Sequence record: OK905446.1
DNA: 64,000 nucleotides
Reading direction: 5' to 3' (one strand)
Shown: positions 27,505-36,675 of the stretch, in pieces
Layout: each line of letters begins with the position of its first letter
Position numbering within the stretch: position 1 is the stretch's first letter
Made by a program: the position numbers and the translations under genes
Notes under the pieces: generated by a model
What the model saw: only the letters and a program-made list of their open reading frames with translations
What the model was told of the DNA's origin: nothing
The model's database searches: none

Positions 27505-27767
27505 CGAATCTCCAGAATGTCGTCTACGTAAAACGCTTTGTACCCCAGAAGTCTGAGATATTCAATAAGCAGTCGTTTGTGCTTGTGGCTTGAAATTTCA
27601 GGCAGTTCATCTTTCATGCTGACATTTATTCCAAATCGGTACTCTTCACAAGCTTCGCCAATTCGGTCGTCTAGATGCTCAATAGCTTCGCTATTAAACT
27701 GCTCTTTCATTACTTTGATGCTGCGTTCTCTCGCCCATTCTGCCGTTATCATGATTTTCGTCTCCAA
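27492..27767 (-). CDS. Hypothetical protein (paralog family MITA..AR...LGY...W)
   Basis: Shares motifs with 28648..28890 and 27749..28138. Confidence 0.7.
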   Translation of the reverse strand: METKIMITAEWARERSIKVMKEQFNSEAIEHLDDRIGEACEEYRFGINVSMKDELPEISSHKHKRLLIEYLRLLGYKAFYVDDILEIRWQI

Positions 27768-28138
27768 TCAATTAGTGTCAATACCATGCGCTCGGGATCG
27801 TCTCTTACAATTCGATTGATTGATAACATCGCCAAGTCATGTGATGAATACTGTAAGTATTCGGTTTCTGCCGCCTCGAAAGGATTGACTTGATTTTTGA
27901 TTTCAAATGTCTCTTTCACCGCTCTGATATTGTAACCTAATTTCTCGAATTCTGCAACCGATGCTTCGTAAAATTCAGCTTTGATACCGACTTTAATCTC
28001 AAGCTCTTTGTCAGCTATTTTATCAATAGAAATAAGCGTGTTATACAAAAAGTTTTGAAATTCGTCGATTTTCTTCAACTGCTTTTCAGTTGGCTTGGAT
28101 GGTTGGTAGCGTTCACGCATACTAGCAGCATCAAACAT
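27749..28138 (-). CDS. Hypothetical protein (same family, more divergent)
   Basis: MFDAASMRER...EKLGY...IDW. Confidence 0.7.
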   Translation of the reverse strand: MFDAASMRERYQPSKPTEKQLKKIDEFQNFLYNTLISIDKIADKELEIKVGIKAEFYEASVAEFEKLGYNIRAVKETFEIKNQVNPFEAAETEYLQYSSHDLAMLSINRIVRDDPERMVLTLIDWRRKS

Positions 28139-28148
28139 AATATTTCTC

Positions 28149-28415
28149 TCAGAAGTAGTCAGCGTACCTATCTAAGATTCGCTTCGGGATTTTTAAGTTG
28201 ACAAATCGCTTACCTTTTAACCCACCATCGTACGCAATTTCTGCAATCAGATCTTCGTACATATCAGGTTCTAATTCGTCGATAATGTCTTTGTACTCTT
28301 TCGGAAGCTGTTTTTTCAGCTTCTTAACGAGTGCGTGAATCTCGTTTATCGTGAGATCACGCAACTCTTGATATGTCATTTCGTTAAGTGATAGTTCAAT
28401 AAAAGACTTTAGCAT
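28149..28415 (-). CDS. Hypothetical protein
   Basis: ORF track, SD GGAGG upstream. Confidence 0.7.
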   Translation of the reverse strand: MLKSFIELSLNEMTYQELRDLTINEIHALVKKLKKQLPKEYKDIIDELEPDMYEDLIAEIAYDGGLKGKRFVNLKIPKRILDRYADYF

Positions 28416-28432
28416 AGTGCCACCTCCGTCTC

Positions 28433-28654
28433 TTATTTAATCCCCAACACTCTAGCGATTAGACTCATCGGGATATAAAACACGGCATAAAATGCAACGA
28501 AAATTGCAATTTGAACCGCAAACCCGATAGAAAGTAACGCAACGTATAATTGCATTAGGTAGTAATCTACCTCTGCCGTTGCAGCTTGATTCAATTCACC
28601 GCGAAAATCGCGGCACATGTCTTCTAGAATTCGAAGAAAGTTGCTCATTACCAC
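28433..28654 (-). CDS. Small membrane protein
   Basis: Long hydrophobic C-terminal half. Confidence 0.6.
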   Translation of the reverse strand: MVMSNFLRILEDMCRDFRGELNQAATAEVDYYLMQLYVALLSIGFAVQIAIFVAFYAVFYIPMSLIARVLGIK

Positions 28655-28890
28655 AGTACCTCAAGTTTTTCACCAGCGATATAAGCTTCATACCCCAAGC
28701 TAATCAAAATAGCTCGTAGAGTATCACGCTCACTCTCAGTCAACTTTTCCGTTTTGAAATCGACGCGATTCTTCGACGGCGATGCAAGTTGCACCGCCAA
28801 ATCAAGTTCTTCAAGCGACTTCGTTACAGCAGCAGGAAGTTTCTTCCTGCGTGCTCGTGCTTCTTTTGCTGTAATCATTGGGTCATCCAA
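28648..28890 (-). CDS. Hypothetical protein (paralog family)
   Basis: MITAKEARAR...ISLGYEAY...LEVLW. Confidence 0.7.
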   Translation of the reverse strand: MDDPMITAKEARARRKKLPAAVTKSLEELDLAVQLASPSKNRVDFKTEKLTESERDTLRAILISLGYEAYIAGEKLEVLW

Positions 28891-30668
28891 TCCTTACGTT
28901 TATCAGTGTCATCACCGAATAATAGTTCAAAACAAGCTGGGTCATCAATTACAATCTCGTCAAAAACTGGCTCGTTAATGACTTTCTTGTATTCTTTCTC
29001 AGTTAATGAACCCAAACCCTTGATGTAACGAATCTTCCATGTCTTTGACAGCTTGGCTTTGCGATACTCTTCGATAGAATAGAACCATTTGGTATCTTTC
29101 TTATTAGTCGCAATCACAACTGGCGTACGAACGAATTTGATTCGTTTCTGTTTGTAAAGCTCTGGCCAGTTGTAGAAAAACGCAAGAAGAAGCGGGAAAA
29201 TCGAACCTTTACCATCGACATCAGCATCAACCAAGATACCAATATCTTTATAGTACATGTCTCGAATGTCATCGTCGCCAAGCTGAATATTCAGAACTGA
29301 CATAATATCGCACAGTTCTTTGTTCTTCATGATCTCAGCAGGACGCTTGCCCCATGTGCTCAGTACTTTACCACGTAGCGGAATACCACCATGTTTCTTA
29401 CTGTCACGCACTTTGATCAGATAACCAATCGCTGACTTACCTTCAGTCAAGAACAACGTACCACCTGGCATACTTGCTTTGATGTGATCTGCGACTTTTG
29501 CGTTCTGTGCTTTTTTCTGCTTACGTGCTAACTCGCGTGCTTCCGCTGCGTGTTGTTTTGCAAGCAATGCTTCGATGATTGGCATGATGATGTCGTCATC
29601 TGCTAAAATCTTCTTGGCAATCTTCTCATACGAAAGATCTTTCAAGTATGGCGACACTTCACCTTGAGAACTCGTTAGACGTTCTTTCGTCTGACTATCG
29701 AATTTCGGGTCAACGAAGTTTCTGATAAACAGACCGATGGTCAACCCGTTCTTCAACTGCGGCTTAGGCACATTGATTTTGTGCTTACGCTTGATCATCG
29801 GGATTAGCTCATCAGCTAACTTATTCGAGAAGTAATCAACGTGTGTGCCGCCATTTGATGTATTTACACCATTGATGAAACTGTTATGTCTGAACTCATC
29901 AGAAGCAGCTACAAACAACGCAACGTCATCGAATTCAAACGACACTTCAGAACCAAACATCTTCGCGTATTGCTTCAGCGTTGGCGCATGTTTCTTCCCG
30001 TTGTACTTGAACGTAATCTCAGGGAATGCAACTGACAACGACGCTAAACGATCTTTGATGATTTCTTCATCTTGTGGTGAAATGCCGAAGACGCCAAAGC
30101 GATTGAAATCAGGGATGAATTCAACCGATGTACCTTGAGTACCGCCTTTTGCAGTTCGAACGAAAATACGGTCTGCGTTGTTCGAACAGCTTACAGTGAC
30201 TGTATTCTTGCCGTCACACGTTTTACCAATAAACTGGTGACTGAAATAGTTCGTCAACGCTGCACCGACGCCGTTCATACCAACAGTAGTTCGATCATCA
30301 TCGAAGTTACTACCTGCTTTTGTGCGTGTCCATGCAGCTTCAGGTCGAAGTAGTTCATTGCCATTCGGGTCGATAACTTTGTCTTGCGGAATGCCGCGAC
30401 CGTTATCAGCGATAGTGATTCGATTACCTTCGATTTTCACTTCAATGACGTTTGCAAACTTGAACTTTGTACGAATCGCTTCATCAAGCGAGTTATCAAT
30501 AACTTCGTTGATGATTTTCACGAGACCCGGTACATATTCGATTTGCTTGTACTCACCCAGAACAAAACGTTCATGCGCTTCTCTGTCAACAGACCCGATG
30601 TACATACCCGGTCGTTTCAGAACGTGTTGTTTGTCTGATAAAATTTGAAATTTGTCTTGCTTAGACAT
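28875..30668 (-). CDS. 39: DNA topoisomerase II large subunit (gp39+gp60 in one ORF)
   Basis: HVLKRPGMYIGS, EVIDNSLDE, GMNGVG, TOPRIM LTEGKSA, PLRGK, DADVDG, YIKGLGS. Confidence 0.97.
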   Translation of the reverse strand: MSKQDKFQILSDKQHVLKRPGMYIGSVDREAHERFVLGEYKQIEYVPGLVKIINEVIDNSLDEAIRTKFKFANVIEVKIEGNRITIADNGRGIPQDKVIDPNGNELLRPEAAWTRTKAGSNFDDDRTTVGMNGVGAALTNYFSHQFIGKTCDGKNTVTVSCSNNADRIFVRTAKGGTQGTSVEFIPDFNRFGVFGISPQDEEIIKDRLASLSVAFPEITFKYNGKKHAPTLKQYAKMFGSEVSFEFDDVALFVAASDEFRHNSFINGVNTSNGGTHVDYFSNKLADELIPMIKRKHKINVPKPQLKNGLTIGLFIRNFVDPKFDSQTKERLTSSQGEVSPYLKDLSYEKIAKKILADDDIIMPIIEALLAKQHAAEARELARKQKKAQNAKVADHIKASMPGGTLFLTEGKSAIGYLIKVRDSKKHGGIPLRGKVLSTWGKRPAEIMKNKELCDIMSVLNIQLGDDDIRDMYYKDIGILVDADVDGKGSIFPLLLAFFYNWPELYKQKRIKFVRTPVVIATNKKDTKWFYSIEEYRKAKLSKTWKIRYIKGLGSLTEKEYKKVINEPVFDEIVIDDPACFELLFGDDTDKRKDWMTQ

Positions 30669-30948
30669 CATGCTCCTCACTCAATTTTACATAGCAGTAC
30701 GTTAACAATGCGCCTAGTATAGACGCACATACCGCTAAAATATACAACTTATCTAGAATGAGTAAAAGTGCTGCTAGAAAAGACACAACAGCACCACTCG
30801 CACTAACGATAATCGCTATTGCTTCAAACAGCAGGAAGCCCATGTGGAAAGTGAATAGAAACATGCTCTTCAATATGTTGATCAATTTCATCAAATGCCT
30901 CAGTGGCTGGCTTGTTGATGAAAATATCACACATACGGATAGCTTCAT
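30661..30948 (-). CDS. Membrane protein (2-3 TM); true start probably downstream
   Basis: Very hydrophobic ORF filling the gap between sir2 and gene 39; 5' end overlaps sir2. Confidence 0.5.
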   Translation of the reverse strand: MKLSVCVIFSSTSQPLRHLMKLINILKSMFLFTFHMGFLLFEAIAIIVSASGAVVSFLAALLLILDKLYILAVCASILGALLTYCYVKLSEEHDV

Positions 30949-31564
30949 TCAATTCAGTGTGCTTCTCTGTATCAATGCCAGTCGGGTTAATTAAAATAAA
31001 TTTACAACCTGTCTGCGCCAAATCCCAGTGAATTGGGTTGATTTCAAGTGTTGAACCAACGACGATTGCAATGTCAGTCGGTAATAGAGTGTCAATTGCA
31101 CCCCAGAAATGAGTGTACATTGGCGCGCCTTCGTTGAAGAACACAACACCCGGTTTATCGCGACGACCTTGACGTAGCTCATACTCGGTATAACCTATAT
31201 CAATAGTCGTACTGTCTTTCGACGTGTAATCTTGTACGATCTTGGTCAGTTCGCCATGAATATGCTTCACGTCTTTACACCCCGCACGCTCAAGCAAGTC
31301 AGACACATTCGCGGTGTAGTTGTCAACGTCGTACTTTTCACACAGTTCAGCAATTTTGAAATGCGCTGAATTCGGCTGAACACCTTCCATCTGAACTCGA
31401 CGTTGATTGTAAAATTTATGAGTTAGCTCATAGTTGCTCAAAAACGTGTTGATATTACACACTTGCATAATATCGTGATTTTCCCATAAGCCATTCGCAT
31501 CACGGAATGTTGGAATGCCAGATTCGGCATCTAGCCCCGCGCCGCTAAAAATGAAAATTCTCAA
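30824..31564 (-). CDS. Sir2/CobB-family NAD-dependent deacylase
   Basis: FSGAGLDAESGIPTFRD, PNSAH, HIHG, KPGVVFF, VGST. Confidence 0.93.
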   Translation of the reverse strand: MRIFIFSGAGLDAESGIPTFRDANGLWENHDIMQVCNINTFLSNYELTHKFYNQRRVQMEGVQPNSAHFKIAELCEKYDVDNYTANVSDLLERAGCKDVKHIHGELTKIVQDYTSKDSTTIDIGYTEYELRQGRRDKPGVVFFNEGAPMYTHFWGAIDTLLPTDIAIVVGSTLEINPIHWDLAQTGCKFILINPTGIDTEKHTELNEAIRMCDIFINKPATEAFDEIDQHIEEHVSIHFPHGLPAV

Positions 31565-31926
31565 GTTACTTCCTTATTCTTAAATGATGGACCCTGAGTC
31601 CAGTTTGTCATGTCATACGTCTTTAACATACTCTTAGGTATATCGTAACGCACGTAAAACGAAACATAAACTTTTTCTTCATGTGTGATTTTCTTACCAA
31701 ACCACGTGTCGCAAGGCTGATCTTTAAACCAGTCTTTGACTTCTGCAATACTAAGACCGGTAAAACGCTTGATTTCGTTGTACACCTCATGCAGAGTTTC
31801 TTTGATGTATTTCGAATCAATATCACCGTCGTTGCATGGTATTAGAAAGATGTCACAGTGTAACTCTTGCTTGTAGTGAACCGACTTGCGATATTCACGA
31901 GCAAGTTCTTGCATTATCGCATTCAT
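31561..31926 (-). CDS. Hypothetical protein
   Basis: ORF track, coupled to neighbours. Confidence 0.7.
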   Translation of the reverse strand: MNAIMQELAREYRKSVHYKQELHCDIFLIPCNDGDIDSKYIKETLHEVYNEIKRFTGLSIAEVKDWFKDQPCDTWFGKKITHEEKVYVSFYVRYDIPKSMLKTYDMTNWTQGPSFKNKEVT

Positions 31927-32183
31927 GGATACACCTCGATTAGAGTTTCAATGGCTTCTTTCGATGGGTTTGCAATTGTTGCCAAATGCCACTCTTCACC
32001 GTAAAGCTCAAAACACGACCACGATTGGTCTTCTTCGTCGAAGTACGGGCGATCAGTCCATCCCGTGACGTAACCGTTTCTGTCTACTGTTACGTATTCA
32101 GTTTCATGGTCTACAACTAACGGAACACCACTGACCATCACAACCGTTGAACATCCCTTGTTCATAGAAATCAAATAGCTCAT
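31923..32183 (-). CDS. Hypothetical protein
   Basis: ORF track, coupled to neighbours. Confidence 0.7.
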   Translation of the reverse strand: MSYLISMNKGCSTVVMVSGVPLVVDHETEYVTVDRNGYVTGWTDRPYFDEEDQSWSCFELYGEEWHLATIANPSKEAIETLIEVYP

Positions 32184-32890
32184 TATGCCCCCAAGTTCTT
32201 CATCAATGCGCGTTTCTGCGCTGGTGTCATGTCTAATTCTTCAATAGAAGTCATGATTTCGTCGATTTGCTGTGACGTTACTTGAATGTTGTCACGTGTA
32301 ATAGGCTTAGAATCGTCTATAACGCGCACTACGCGCTGTTTGATGCTAGGCAGTAGTACTTTACTGACTTGACACTGTTTACGCGATACAGTGCGTTTGA
32401 AGTCGCCTATCGTGATTTCAAAATGCTTACCTTTGCGCTGTGCTTCAGTTGCGTACTTCACGTATAGCTTAGTGATGTCTAAATCACTCGTCGGCGTTTC
32501 AATGAGCAACCCTTTGTACTGGTCAACATATGAGTTAACGACTTTCTTCACACGATTGCTGTCAGCGAGAAATTTCTTAATCGTTTTCAGCGTGTGAGCT
32601 TGTTCCGGCGTTGCACCGCTGATTGGTTGATTGTTTTCAATGAAGTTGCACTTTACATTGTTTGCAATCTGAGTCACTAGAACACAGTTTGTAGGTTCGT
32701 ACGGCTTCGACTCGTCGATCCGTTCAACGGTAGCACGCATTTTCTTACAACTTGCGTTGAATGGATGATTCGTGTATGCACAACGACCACCGTTTTTCAT
32801 ATTCTGTAATGTTTTCCATTGATCTTCAGTAAAGTTGAACGCGATACCGCGTTTCTGACACTCTTCTTTCTTTACTTTGAAACTGCTCAT
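32183..32890 (-). CDS. srd: Srd-like protein (putative anti-sigma/decoy) with His-Me-finger-like repeat
   Basis: KRGIAFNFT...CAYT...TVERID...Y...NCVLV...N, repeated degenerately; resembles T4 Srd as recalled. Confidence 0.6.
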   Translation of the reverse strand: MSSFKVKKEECQKRGIAFNFTEDQWKTLQNMKNGGRCAYTNHPFNASCKKMRATVERIDESKPYEPTNCVLVTQIANNVKCNFIENNQPISGATPEQAHTLKTIKKFLADSNRVKKVVNSYVDQYKGLLIETPTSDLDITKLYVKYATEAQRKGKHFEITIGDFKRTVSRKQCQVSKVLLPSIKQRVVRVIDDSKPITRDNIQVTSQQIDEIMTSIEELDMTPAQKRALMKNLGA

Positions 32891-32893
32891 AAT

Positions 32894-33295
32894 TTATTCC
32901 TCAATCATACCTTGTGATACTAGTGAATCTTTGAAACGTTTAAGAACGCCTTCCCATGCTCGGTCTGTGTAAGCATCAATGTTAAACACGGCGCGAATCT
33001 TGTCGAAAAGTTCTCGACGCTGCTCAAGAGGCATTTCTTTACAGAAAATCATGATTGCAGCTTGATATTCGCGTGCTGTCTCATGCAAACCTTTGAACAT
33101 AAGATGATGCAAGTCGATACCCTTGTGGTCAATTTCGTGAGAAATCTCGCGTGATAGATGCTCACGCTTCATTTCAGTTTTGAAGATATACTTACCTTCG
33201 TCACCCGCAGCAAGTTGACCCATGTCGTAGATTTTCTTGTGCATTTCGCCAAGACGTTCGATTTTCTTTTCCCACATTTCGTAAATATCAGACAT
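32894..33295 (-). CDS. Hypothetical protein
   Basis: ORF track. Confidence 0.7.
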   Translation of the reverse strand: MSDIYEMWEKKIERLGEMHKKIYDMGQLAAGDEGKYIFKTEMKREHLSREISHEIDHKGIDLHHLMFKGLHETAREYQAAIMIFCKEMPLEQRRELFDKIRAVFNIDAYTDRAWEGVLKRFKDSLVSQGMIEE

Positions 33296-33297
33296 GA

Positions 33298-33627
33298 TTA
33301 ACCCTCAAATGATTCAACAAGACGGAAGATTTCGTAGTCAGCTTTTGATGCTGCGCGCCAATGACGAAGTGACACTTTACCGGCTGCTTTGATTTTATCA
33401 ACTAACTGAGCTGATTCGTAACCTGGCCATGCACACGCTTTTTCAACTTTAGTGCTCCACAGTTTGCGACTTTCACAATATGAACCTTTCGCATCAAGAA
33501 ACAGTACTTCGTGCAGCATGATTGTACCGTCTTCAAGCTGCATTGCTACTTTTTGGTGTTCTGCACCGATAGAGTAAACGACTTTGATTTCAGCAAATGT
33601 GATGTCGAATTTAGTTAGGTCAGTCAT
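33298..33627 (-). CDS. Hypothetical early protein
   Basis: Directly after the cassette at 33625. Confidence 0.75.
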   Translation of the reverse strand: MTDLTKFDITFAEIKVVYSIGAEHQKVAMQLEDGTIMLHEVLFLDAKGSYCESRKLWSTKVEKACAWPGYESAQLVDKIKAAGKVSLRHWRAASKADYEIFRLVESFEG

Positions 33628-33704
33628 AATGTTCTCTCTTTGTTAGTCGATGTCGTTTCGATGTAGCTATAATACGCGAAAGGGCTGATCGAAGTCAACC
33701 CTTT
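33625..33704 (-). promoter_or_regulatory. Terminator/early-promoter cassette copy (TTGACT-18-TATTAT)
   Basis: About 50 bp identical to copy 1; hairpin GGGTTGAC-TTCG-ATCAGCCC. Confidence 0.85.
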
Positions 33705-34456
33705 TCTTCAAGAATATTCAAATTATATTTCGGCTTCATGTAATGACTCATGTTTGCACAAATGAAATCACATGCCCAATTCTTGGTAAGCCGTGTAATT
33801 GTCTTCTTCAACGCATGATTCCACGCATTCAACGGCATCATACCATGAACGATATAACGCTCAATGGCAATAACCGTAATTTCTTCGTGGAACAGATTGA
33901 TTTTGTCTTCGAATGACAACTGTTCGAACTTCTCTTTACTGACTAACACATCACATTCGTCTTTGAGAATTTTCTCATACAACGGGCGATTTGGTGCAGC
34001 AACCATTCGATGTAGTTCATCGTGATTGTACACGTATCGAACCTTGTCATTAAAGAAATCGTCTGCATCTTTGTTCAAACACAGATAGTCTTTATTGCCA
34101 AGCTCTTTTCGCCAGTGATTTGTCAACGCTGCGTATAGCTCAGGCTTGATTTTGCAGAATCGCGACAGCGCAATAACATCACGCTTATGCTTGTCCCACA
34201 ATGTCGAACCACCAAACTGACTATACCCGACTTTATGCTCATCCCAACCAAGATGACTGCACTTAATCGTATAGATTTCGTCAGCAGTTGCTATATCACC
34301 GTCGAACATCTGCAAAATGTGAACGGGAATGACGATGAAATCATCCCCGTCGTTAGCCGAGTCGGGCGAGTCTACGAATACATCCAGATCTTTAATGGTC
34401 TTACGCAGGTGAATCCCATGATGATGCAACGCAGTTGACCCGACAACAATACGCAT
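33695..34456 (-). CDS. Putative Pol-beta-type nucleotidyltransferase
   Basis: N-terminal IVVGSTAL...KDLDVF (GS...DxD). Confidence 0.6.
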   Translation of the reverse strand: MRIVVGSTALHHHGIHLRKTIKDLDVFVDSPDSANDGDDFIVIPVHILQMFDGDIATADEIYTIKCSHLGWDEHKVGYSQFGGSTLWDKHKRDVIALSRFCKIKPELYAALTNHWRKELGNKDYLCLNKDADDFFNDKVRYVYNHDELHRMVAAPNRPLYEKILKDECDVLVSKEKFEQLSFEDKINLFHEEITVIAIERYIVHGMMPLNAWNHALKKTITRLTKNWACDFICANMSHYMKPKYNLNILEEKG

Positions 34457-34755
34457 TACTGAGGAGTGCTCACGTATTGAGTTACCGTAACTTGCTTTGG
34501 GTATACTTCAACGAAGTAGTCACCGTAGTTGTCGTAACCGTGATAGCTGTAGTAGCTGTATTCAGTCTTGAAGTAGCGACCGTCTTTTTCAAAGATAGAG
34601 TAGCAGTACTCAGAGCCGCCTTCACCGCCACCATCTTGATCGACTAGCTTAACACCAGGGAAGTCATCACCCCAACCTTCCAGTAGAAAGTCAAGATAAT
34701 CTTTGTCTTCGTAACCTTCACCAAGAATTTCTTCGAATGTGTAACGTTGTGTCAT
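34456..34755 (-). CDS. Conserved acidic phage protein
   Basis: GGGEGGSEYCYSIF...YYSYHG...EVYPKQVTVTQY. Confidence 0.7.
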   Translation of the reverse strand: MTQRYTFEEILGEGYEDKDYLDFLLEGWGDDFPGVKLVDQDGGGEGGSEYCYSIFEKDGRYFKTEYSYYSYHGYDNYGDYFVEVYPKQVTVTQYVSTPQ

Positions 34756-35073
34756 TTATTTCACCATTTGTTCAGTTTGTTTGTGTTCGCTTTCTTTACG
34801 CTCCCATTTGGCAAGCTTATTGCGAACAACGTTCATGATTTCAGCTTCAGTGATATTCGGATTATCAACGTAAATCAGATCAACAAGGCATAAAATCCCG
34901 TCTACTGCTTCACCTAGAATGCCGTCAACATCTGCCGTTTTGTACGACGTACCGTACTTGACGCGAACTTCAGTTGCTAGTTCGCCTACTTCTTCAGTGA
35001 CGCTCAGTTGAACGTCTTTTACTGTTCGACCGTTGTCGATTCGCTTACTTGAAGCTAGAATTTCATTGATCAT
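34756..35073 (-). CDS. MazG-like nucleotide pyrophosphohydrolase
   Basis: TEEVGELA...GEAVDGIL (ExxE...ExxD). Confidence 0.75.
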   Translation of the reverse strand: MINEILASSKRIDNGRTVKDVQLSVTEEVGELATEVRVKYGTSYKTADVDGILGEAVDGILCLVDLIYVDNPNITEAEIMNVVRNKLAKWERKESEHKQTEQMVK

Positions 35074-35360
35074 AGCGTATTCAACACATCAACAATTTGA
35101 ATTTTTTCAACAGTGTGGAAGCCGTATTCACAATAAGGCATCATGTCACTAATGAACTGAAGATCGTCTTCGCTGAACTCAGGATACACTTCAGAGTTCG
35201 GACGGTCTTGGCATTCGCCTTCTGTCCAGCTTGCTAGACTATCACCAGACTTGTGAACTAGCGTTTCAAAACGCTCGACTTCTTCACTCGATGCTGCCTT
35301 TAAATCGCCAACATAATCACCATCGTTTGTGTCTACTTCAACATAAATGTGCAATGACAT
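35070..35360 (-). CDS. Hypothetical protein (start MSLHIY)
   Basis: VDTNDGDY...MPYCEYGFHT; SD upstream of 35360. Confidence 0.7.
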   Translation of the reverse strand: MSLHIYVEVDTNDGDYVGDLKAASSEEVERFETLVHKSGDSLASWTEGECQDRPNSEVYPEFSEDDLQFISDMMPYCEYGFHTVEKIQIVDVLNTL

Positions 35361-35575
35361 TACAATTTCCTCATAAAAATAACTGTAAACGCTAGAATAA
35401 TCGCGGCGATGACTGAAACAATCCACCCCGAGACCGTATGACCCGAAATGATGAGCCATGCACCGAATACAAGCCCGCCAACTGACAATCCGAGAATAAC
35501 AAACATTGCAACGATACCGAATACAAGTAATGTAAGCAAACCCTCAACGAACGTCTTCGTATACATATCACTCAC
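35360..35575 (-). CDS. Small 2-TM membrane protein
   Basis: Hydrophobic profile. Confidence 0.65.
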   Translation of the reverse strand: MSDMYTKTFVEGLLTLLVFGIVAMFVILGLSVGGLVFGAWLIISGHTVSGWIVSVIAAIILAFTVIFMRKL

Positions 35576-35762
35576 CTATTTCGAAGTCAAAAAGATAGTG
35601 AATTTTGCCGTCAGTCAATGACTCACCGATTCGCGGATCATTTGCTGCAACAACTTTACTGAACGGGAGCTTTAGAAGCTCACCGTCGATAGTGTCAATA
35701 CGTTCAATCACGATGATTGGCGTACCTACTTTCAAATCAAAATAATCTGTTTTGCTGATCAT
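35568..35762 (-). CDS. Hypothetical protein
   Basis: Coupled to the td stop codon. Confidence 0.6.
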   Translation of the reverse strand: MISKTDYFDLKVGTPIIVIERIDTIDGELLKLPFSKVVAANDPRIGESLTDGKIHYLFDFEIGE

Positions 35763-36661
35763 GACATTTTACCTTTTAGGGTTGGGTACGGGTCATAGTC
35801 GTACACAACGAAATCGCTTGCACGCTTAGTCAACAGTTGTGACAGCGTATCAAATTCAGGCAGTTCAATTTGCGGTAAGCCACGTGGCGTACGACGCAAT
35901 TGTTTCAGTACCTGCACGATGTGATCTTCATAAATGTGAACATCACCGCCTGAGAAAATCAGTTCGCCAACCTTTAAGCCCGTCAACTGAGCAAGAATGT
36001 GAACTAATAGCGCATACGATGCGATATTGAACGGCAGACCCAAGAATGTGTCAACTGAACGTTGTTGCCATTTCAGACTGATCTTACCATTACGCACGAA
36101 CACTTGAAAGCCATAGTGACAAGGCGGTAGAGCTACGTCTACTGAGTTGCTTTCAGTGTGGAAGTACGGGTCCCATGCTTCTACTAGCATACGACGTTGC
36201 GCACTTTGCGTCGGATCTTCTTTCACCGCTGCAATATCGCACAGTAATTGATGAATCTGATCGAACTCAGTCACGTCTTTGTCTGCGGTTACTGATAGAC
36301 GCTTACGCCATACTTTACCGTAAACATAACCAAGGTCGTCTTCGTTTCGAACAATACCTGCTTTCTTCGCACGCTCGTTTAGCTCATCGAGATTTTGCTG
36401 CCAAATGCAGAAATCTTCGTCTGACAACTCAGTGTATTTGCGCAAGTCGCTAATCAAACCAGAACCGCTCAAGAACCAAAGAAGCTCACCGAAAATAGCT
36501 CTTGTTGCCATTTTCTTAGTCGTCAACAGCGGGAAACCTTTCGATAAATCCCAGCGAAGCTCACGCGAAATAACGCTAACCGTGTTAGTACCTGTTCTGT
36601 TCTCTAGAAAATCACCTTCGTTGAGAATTTCAGTACATAGTTGCAAGTAGTTTTTCATCAA
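35759..36661 (-). CDS. td: Thymidylate synthase, intron-less
   Basis: NRTGTNT, ELLWFLSG, ALPPCHY, QRSVDTFLGLPFNIASY, GDVHIY. Confidence 0.98.
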   Translation of the reverse strand: MMKNYLQLCTEILNEGDFLENRTGTNTVSVISRELRWDLSKGFPLLTTKKMATRAIFGELLWFLSGSGLISDLRKYTELSDEDFCIWQQNLDELNERAKKAGIVRNEDDLGYVYGKVWRKRLSVTADKDVTEFDQIHQLLCDIAAVKEDPTQSAQRRMLVEAWDPYFHTESNSVDVALPPCHYGFQVFVRNGKISLKWQQRSVDTFLGLPFNIASYALLVHILAQLTGLKVGELIFSGGDVHIYEDHIVQVLKQLRRTPRGLPQIELPEFDTLSQLLTKRASDFVVYDYDPYPTLKGKMS

Positions 36662-36675
36662 TTACCTTTTCATCT

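Noticed and set aside
28875-30668. Gene 60-type ribosomal bypass or split topoisomerase
   Set aside because: ATPase and TOPRIM motifs lie in one uninterrupted frame
35759-36661. Group I intron in td (and in nrdD at 45541-47376), as in T4
   Set aside because: Both ORFs are continuous, of normal length and have all motifs in frame
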